Positions 59,356 to 64,000 of a DNA stretch of 64,000 bases are shown here, one piece after another. Position 1 is the stretch's first letter, and each line of letters opens with the position of its first letter. The notes under the pieces are model-generated. The model made no database searches. It worked only from the letters and a program-made list of their open reading frames with translations, and was not told where the DNA came from. Origin of the DNA: Nitrospinales bacterium (GTDB lineage: Bacteria > Nitrospinota > Nitrospinia > Nitrospinales > VA-1). The position numbers were made by a program, and so were the translations under genes. The stretch covers positions 1,682,714 to 1,746,713 of the forward strand of contig OZ253582.1 of assembly GCA_965263085.1 (NCBI GenBank), read 5' to 3'.

Positions 59356-60162
59356 TTAATTTAATGATTTGACAAGCTCAATTCGCCAATTCCCTATTAA
59401 TTTTGAGAATTTGTTATTTAAACCCATTTCGAATCCATCGCCCTCTAGGGAAAGAAAGTGGACCTTGATTTTAATGTAGTCATAAATTTTATCTGCCAAG
59501 TCCTTAATTGTTGTTGTCCATAGGCCAGCAGCTTCTTTATTTAAGTATCCCGACCAATAATCAGATGGTGCCATTATTAGTAATTCAGGTTTTCCAACCT
59601 TTAAATCAATCCCAAATTTCACCTTGGCTTCTCCGGCAATTACATCAGCATTAGCCTCTACTATTGCACAGTAGGTCAATCCTTCGAGCAGGGCTTTTAA
59701 GGGAGTATCTCCTAGTTTATCACCCTTACGGGAAACCTTTAGCTTTGCTACGGCTGGGGTAGAATCTCCAGTAGAATTTCCAATGGTACAAAAAAGATCA
59801 ACCTTTCCTACCTCTTCATCAGCCTGGCAGGCCTTTAAAGGAAACTGATAGTCACGAAAAGATAGTTCGCTATTGTTTAAGAAAAATTTTTTCCGTTTTT
59901 TTGTTGCTCTAAATAATGCGCCGGCTAGATGTTCTTTACGTCTATTAGAATGTTTTCTAGGACTTTTTACCCCTTTATGCTTATCTAAGAAATATTTTTT
60001 CTTAGGCTTTGCCTTTGCTCTTTTAGGTGCATCATTAAATTGCTGCGTGTAGAGATCTTTAAGGTCCACAGGATTCTTAGCTAGAAAGTCGGCAAATTCA
60101 CAAAAATTCAAAATCTGGTTTACAGGGTCCTTGCCGTGTAGCTCGATAAGAGAGTGGGCCAT
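59356..60162 (-). CDS. Hypothetical PD-(D/E)xK-like nuclease-fold protein (atypical catalytic motif)
   Basis: KEH..YQFPL..GKVDL..AKLKV..DTPLKALLE; same architecture as 61586..62389 but K in place of the E of ExK. Confidence 0.6.
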   Translation of the reverse strand: MAHSLIELHGKDPVNQILNFCEFADFLAKNPVDLKDLYTQQFNDAPKRAKAKPKKKYFLDKHKGVKSPRKHSNRRKEHLAGALFRATKKRKKFFLNNSELSFRDYQFPLKACQADEEVGKVDLFCTIGNSTGDSTPAVAKLKVSRKGDKLGDTPLKALLEGLTYCAIVEANADVIAGEAKVKFGIDLKVGKPELLIMAPSDYWSGYLNKEAAGLWTTTIKDLADKIYDYIKIKVHFLSLEGDGFEMGLNNKFSKLIGNWRIELVKSLN

Positions 60163-60319
60163 ATTGAATTCCTTTTTTTGGTTGAGAGTTAAGGTGAAAT
60201 AAGCTTGATGAAGCAGGTTCCGTCATAATAATAAATTTGGGAATCATATACCTGAATCTGCGTCAACCGCATGTTGCGATTGCCATATGCCTTTCACTCT
60301 CATGAAGGAGATATATCAG

Positions 60320-61573
60320 CTATTCAACATTCCACCATTTGCCATCTTCCTTTTGTTCAACATTACTAAAGTGTTCAGGAAATTGATCGGTTTCAAAGGA
60401 GTGAATAGGAATCAGTTTTTTTGGGTTTAACGCATTGGAAAAATCCTTGAGATCGGAAATAGATGCATGACCTGAGGTATGTATTTTTTTCATTGATATT
60501 TGATTATTTTCCAGCCATTCAAGAAAAGGTTTTTGCTGAGCCATTTTCAAATAACCTTCCCAGATGGAATAAACGAGGCTTGCTCCATCCAGGCAACCTA
60601 CTGCTTCCAGGTCCTTTGACATGGAAGGACGAAACAGCATTACCGAATGAGAGGCCTCCCTGCTCAAATTCTCCGGGTAGATTCGGCTGTTTCTATACTG
60701 CTTGGATATATCAAACAACTTTTGTTCGATGACCCGGTATTTTTGTGACTTGGGAAGGAATACTCGAATGTCCTTCCAATGTCCTTGGGGAAGATTAGGG
60801 TTTCCTGTAGCTCGCAAAATCTCGGCAGTATATAGATCAATGATTAACTGACGATTTGCGGCTTTGCAGGCTTTATATATAGTGACAAGCCGATCAATAT
60901 TCTGTCCTGAAGCCCAGACTAAACAAAGACCCTTTGTGGAAGCAAAATAGTCTGCAAATTCTGGAGTGAGTTCATCTTCAGTTTGGAATTTGTCCTCAGG
61001 ATTTCCTCTTCCTATCGTGGTTCCCTCCATTAACAACACATCAATATCTTTTGGAGGGTTTTTGATCATCTTCTGGAAAAGCTTTGCTTTGCGTCCATGA
61101 GCCCGAAAGTCGCCGCTATAGAAAAGTCTTTTCCCATTTGCAGATATCAGGATTGAATAAGCGTCGTATGCTGAATGGTCTACGAGGTAGGGAATGATTT
61201 CAAAAGGGCCTATTTTTATAGTTTCCCGGTCCTTCAGAGAAATGGTTTTTTCGAAATCAGCGCCAGAGGGGGTAAAAAGGGTTGCTGATCGCAGAATATT
61301 ATGTGCCGCTTCCCCTATTATTATGGGAATTTGCGGAGGAAGAAACTTGGCCAGACCAAAATGATCCTGATGGGGATGAGAGATCAATACGGCAAGCAGG
61401 GTGTCGTCCGGATTAGCGAATCCTTTAACGTCAGGCAAAAGGGATTTGGCATCCACATCCCTGTCGGCATTCAAAGGTAACCCTACATCGAAAACTATGC
61501 GCTGGCCAGCGGATTCAATTTCAATGCAAGTGCCACCAATCTCTTGTGTACCGCGATGTATGCAAACTTTCAT
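60320..61573 (-). CDS. MBL-fold/beta-CASP nuclease, RNase J-like
   Basis: EIGG, SHPHQDH, DHS, SGDFR, MEGT, HTSGHA, PIH. Confidence 0.88.
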   Translation of the reverse strand: MKVCIHRGTQEIGGTCIEIESAGQRIVFDVGLPLNADRDVDAKSLLPDVKGFANPDDTLLAVLISHPHQDHFGLAKFLPPQIPIIIGEAAHNILRSATLFTPSGADFEKTISLKDRETIKIGPFEIIPYLVDHSAYDAYSILISANGKRLFYSGDFRAHGRKAKLFQKMIKNPPKDIDVLLMEGTTIGRGNPEDKFQTEDELTPEFADYFASTKGLCLVWASGQNIDRLVTIYKACKAANRQLIIDLYTAEILRATGNPNLPQGHWKDIRVFLPKSQKYRVIEQKLFDISKQYRNSRIYPENLSREASHSVMLFRPSMSKDLEAVGCLDGASLVYSIWEGYLKMAQQKPFLEWLENNQISMKKIHTSGHASISDLKDFSNALNPKKLIPIHSFETDQFPEHFSNVEQKEDGKWWNVE

Positions 61574-61585
61574 AGCTAATATTTA

Positions 61586-62389
61586 TCAATATACAGAAAT
61601 CCTATTCTCGAGCGCTTCAACTAACAATTCATTATCCTTATCCTTATCCTTACACGGCCAAACAAATGATTCTGGAAAACTTGTAAACGTGAAATCTATT
61701 TCAATATTGTTGAATTTTCCAGATACAAAAGCTTTGAGTCCCCTGTTCAATTCATTTTCCAGCCAACTCAGGGAATAGCCGGAATAATAGCCATGAGGAG
61801 CAAGGGTTTGTAGATGAACCTTCCTTGCTTTTAGTATTTCTTTTGAATCTATATATTCACTTGTATAAAACTTCCTTGACATTAGATATATCAATCCACT
61901 TATAACAATCTGAAAAGCGGCATACATTGGAGTATCACTTCCCACCTTCAGCTCGATAAATTCATATGCTTCCTTTCTAATTCCAAGCCTGTGAACAAGG
62001 TCAATCCTTGGGTTACTTCTACTAGATGATATTAAGTGAAGGGATGTAGGGACTTGATTGACCCAATCTGGGAATTTTACTATGGTTTTTTCTAGTTCCA
62101 TTTCCTCCCTTTTACTCTTTGGATTATGTGGCATCTCTGGTTTTTTTTCAAACCGCCAATTTTCCTTGGAAGGACCCTTACGGTGAAACTCATTATCTGG
62201 GTCTTTTAAATTGGTCACAAGTTGTTCATAAATTCTGGAAACTACTTCGTTTGCATCAAACTTTCCGTGATTTTTTGCGATTGAACAACTTGACGGATGC
62301 TTGAAATGTGGAGTGGATGTTCCATTATCAGTTACATTTAGCCCTTCATCAATGATTCCATCAACTCCATCAATAATGCTTTTAACCAT
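61586..62389 (-). CDS. Hypothetical PD-(D/E)xK-like nuclease
   Basis: EMELE..NQVP..RIDLV..FIELKV..DTPMYAAFQ; GAGG RBS. Confidence 0.65.
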   Translation of the reverse strand: MVKSIIDGVDGIIDEGLNVTDNGTSTPHFKHPSSCSIAKNHGKFDANEVVSRIYEQLVTNLKDPDNEFHRKGPSKENWRFEKKPEMPHNPKSKREEMELEKTIVKFPDWVNQVPTSLHLISSSRSNPRIDLVHRLGIRKEAYEFIELKVGSDTPMYAAFQIVISGLIYLMSRKFYTSEYIDSKEILKARKVHLQTLAPHGYYSGYSLSWLENELNRGLKAFVSGKFNNIEIDFTFTSFPESFVWPCKDKDKDNELLVEALENRISVY

Positions 62390-62460
62390 GATAGCCTCTA
62401 ATTAAAAAAATTCACCCTATGCTTCTGGCATAATGTTTCAATATTCGCAATGGATCTAAA

Positions 62461-62483
62461 TTATAAGGTATTTTATCTTATAA
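62461..62483. promoter_or_regulatory. Palindrome upstream of the nuclease genes (possible operator)
   Basis: TTATAAGGTA-TTT-TATCTTATAA, 9/10 inverted repeat. Confidence 0.35.
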
Positions 62484-63013
62484 CAATAAATTTAGGTATA
62501 TAATTCCCTAAAAAATACTGGGAAAGGAACGAAATTCTGGAAGGGTTAGTCGGCGATGGCGGCTTTGACAGTGATGTCGCCATAGTTTCCTCCAAAAATG
62601 GATGGGTTCGGGAAGCAGTCTAACCGCCTCCTATGGCCGTTTACACAGATTATCTGGCAGTCTCTAGCAAATTGCAAAAAAGTAAACCTTGCTGAACAGT
62701 AAAGGTATTGCTAATCTTTAATAAATCTTCCCTGATTATTCTTCGCTAGCTATTAATATATAAAAACAATAAACCACATCGAAAAAGATCGATTAAATTT
62801 TATCCGTGTAATTATTTTAGGTGTTCTAGTTTTGTTTGCTTTTATTGTTTATTTGTTAATTATTCTTCCAATTTATTTCCGTCATTTAAGAAATTTTATT
62901 TAATTTTAATATATTTCTGCTTTATTCAAAACTATCTACCAAAACTGCCATATGCATCTGTCGTTTATATAATTTATAACAATTATTAACTTGTCTATTT
63001 GGATTGGAAATTT

Positions 63014-64000
63014 ATGAGATCAAGAAATATTACTTTTAAAATTCTAATTTCACTACTTATGTTATCTGGTTGTGCTACAGCTCCATCTACGAATCAAAAT
63101 GAGCAGACAAAATTTCCAGAGACTTTATCTAAGCAGATGCCAACTGAGCCTTTTGATTTGACTTTTGCTGGTTTTGCTTTTCTTGGAGACTGTCAAGAAA
63201 ATGAAAAGTTATACCCCTATATTTCAAAATTAGCAGAACGTGCTAAATGTCCTAATACTTCATATCAGGAATTAAATAAAGAGCTTTTTCAAGCAGTAAA
63301 AAAAATTAACAATCCATATTTTAAATTAAAACTTAGTGGCGGTTCAGATTTTAAAAAAAGGGAAACTATTTCTTTAGCCTTTGCTATTTCAAGAGAAAAA
63401 ACGCGAATTCAAGAATTTAGAGGTAAATTTTTTGTGCATTATGAAGTATATGCTCAAGGTGTGGTTTTTGACTTTTCTGAAATGAAGGTTATAGCATCTT
63501 ATCCAGTAAGAATACAGTATTCAGATTTTTTAGATGAAAAACCAAGTGAAGCCCATTCCCTTGATATATTTCGAAAAATTTTATTAGACCAAGAATTTAA
63601 TTCAAATATTGTTAATAAATGGGTTGAGAGAATGAATGCTGTGAAAATTAAAGAATCTTTCGGTAATTATTTAGGGATAGTTAATGTCGATGTGCCTTCA
63701 GAAACCTTAAAGATGATTCCTGAAAATGTTTTTAATAAGGGTGGGTTTGCAACACAGACTGCTAATTATTTAGAAAGTTCTATATCTGCGAATCAATTGG
63801 TTCCAATTGTTCCTTATAGAGAAGGTGAGGCAATAGGTAAGATGAGAATCCTATTTACTGGTAATAAAATTTATGATTTAAAATTACCGGAACCAGATTA
63901 TTCAATTTTTCTTAAAGTTAGACCTTTTAAAAAGTACACGGTTGATAAGCTATCTTATACCCAAGTTACCTACGGAAGTTTTATCGATTTAAAACTTCGA
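63014..64000 (+). CDS. AT-rich lipoprotein of unknown function, truncated by the window end (absent from ORF track)
   Basis: MRSRNITFKILISLLMLSGC lipobox; frame open to 64000. Confidence 0.8.
   Translation, partial: MRSRNITFKILISLLMLSGCATAPSTNQNEQTKFPETLSKQMPTEPFDLTFAGFAFLGDCQENEKLYPYISKLAERAKCPNTSYQELNKELFQAVKKINNPYFKLKLSGGSDFKKRETISLAFAISREKTRIQEFRGKFFVHYEVYAQGVVFDFSEMKVIASYPVRIQYSDFLDEKPSEAHSLDIFRKILLDQEFNSNIVNKWVERMNAVKIKESFGNYLGIVNVDVPSETLKMIPENVFNKGGFATQTANYLESSISANQLVPIVPYREGEAIGKMRILFTGNKIYDLKLPEPDYSIFLKVRPFKKYTVDKLSYTQVTYGSFIDLKLR

Larger units (their letters stand above)
60239..62508. mobile_element. Putative non-autonomous cassette bounded by 17-bp inverted repeats (IS1595/ISNwi1-like ends), no transposase
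   Basis: GGGAATCATATACCTGA (60239-60255) versus reverse complement of 62492-62508 GGGAATTATATACCTAA, 15/17; encloses two complete genes; no exact 8-bp target duplication seen. Confidence 0.5.

Noticed and set aside
62476-62640. Short minus-strand ORF or gene remnant (GGAGG-ATG MATSLSKPP.., or ..GGNYGDITVKAAIAD) crossing or near the right repeat
   Set aside because: It is too short, has two competing frames and shows no recognisable homology.
1-64000. tRNA, rRNA, tmRNA, RNase P or SRP RNA genes; integrase or transposase genes
   Set aside because: No recognisable signatures were found by eye in the intergenic regions or ORFs.

Overview
A 64 kb bacterial chromosomal segment, mostly housekeeping genes. 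The paralogous small c-type cytochromes, a NarK-type nitrate/nitrite transporter and the deltaproteobacteria-like gene order suggest a Nitrospina-like (Nitrospinota) nitrite oxidizer; this is inferred, not proven. Core loci include ettA, efp, tolQR-tolA-like-tolB-pal, radA-ispD, bcp, a deoxyhypusine-synthase-like gene, mutY, queE, ychF, rng, rodA, rluD, moaB, queC, ffh-rpsP-(khpA pseudogene)-rimM-trmD-rplS, rnhB, recJ, moeB and a phosphomannomutase. Five things stand out. (1) From about 59.3 kb an AT-rich island carries three co-oriented genes (PD-(D/E)xK-like, RNase J-like MBL/beta-CASP, PD-(D/E)xK-like) punctuated by three copies of a 17-bp GGGAATTATAYACCTAA-type sequence resembling IS1595/ISNwi1-group ends; this is a candidate transposase-less mobile cassette carrying an uncharacterised nuclease (defence-like) system. 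(2) An 880-bp gene-free region (36.35-37.23 kb) holds about 9 TTTTCCACA-type DnaA-box-like 9-mers, a candidate oriC unlinked from dnaA. (3) A tandem duplication encodes secreted Met-rich repeat proteins, each followed by a conserved structured tail. (4) A ~190-nt rod-like ncRNA candidate after bcp shares two sequence blocks with those tails. (5) A cytochrome c/DUF1264/two-component cluster is present, along with several single-lesion pseudogenes.
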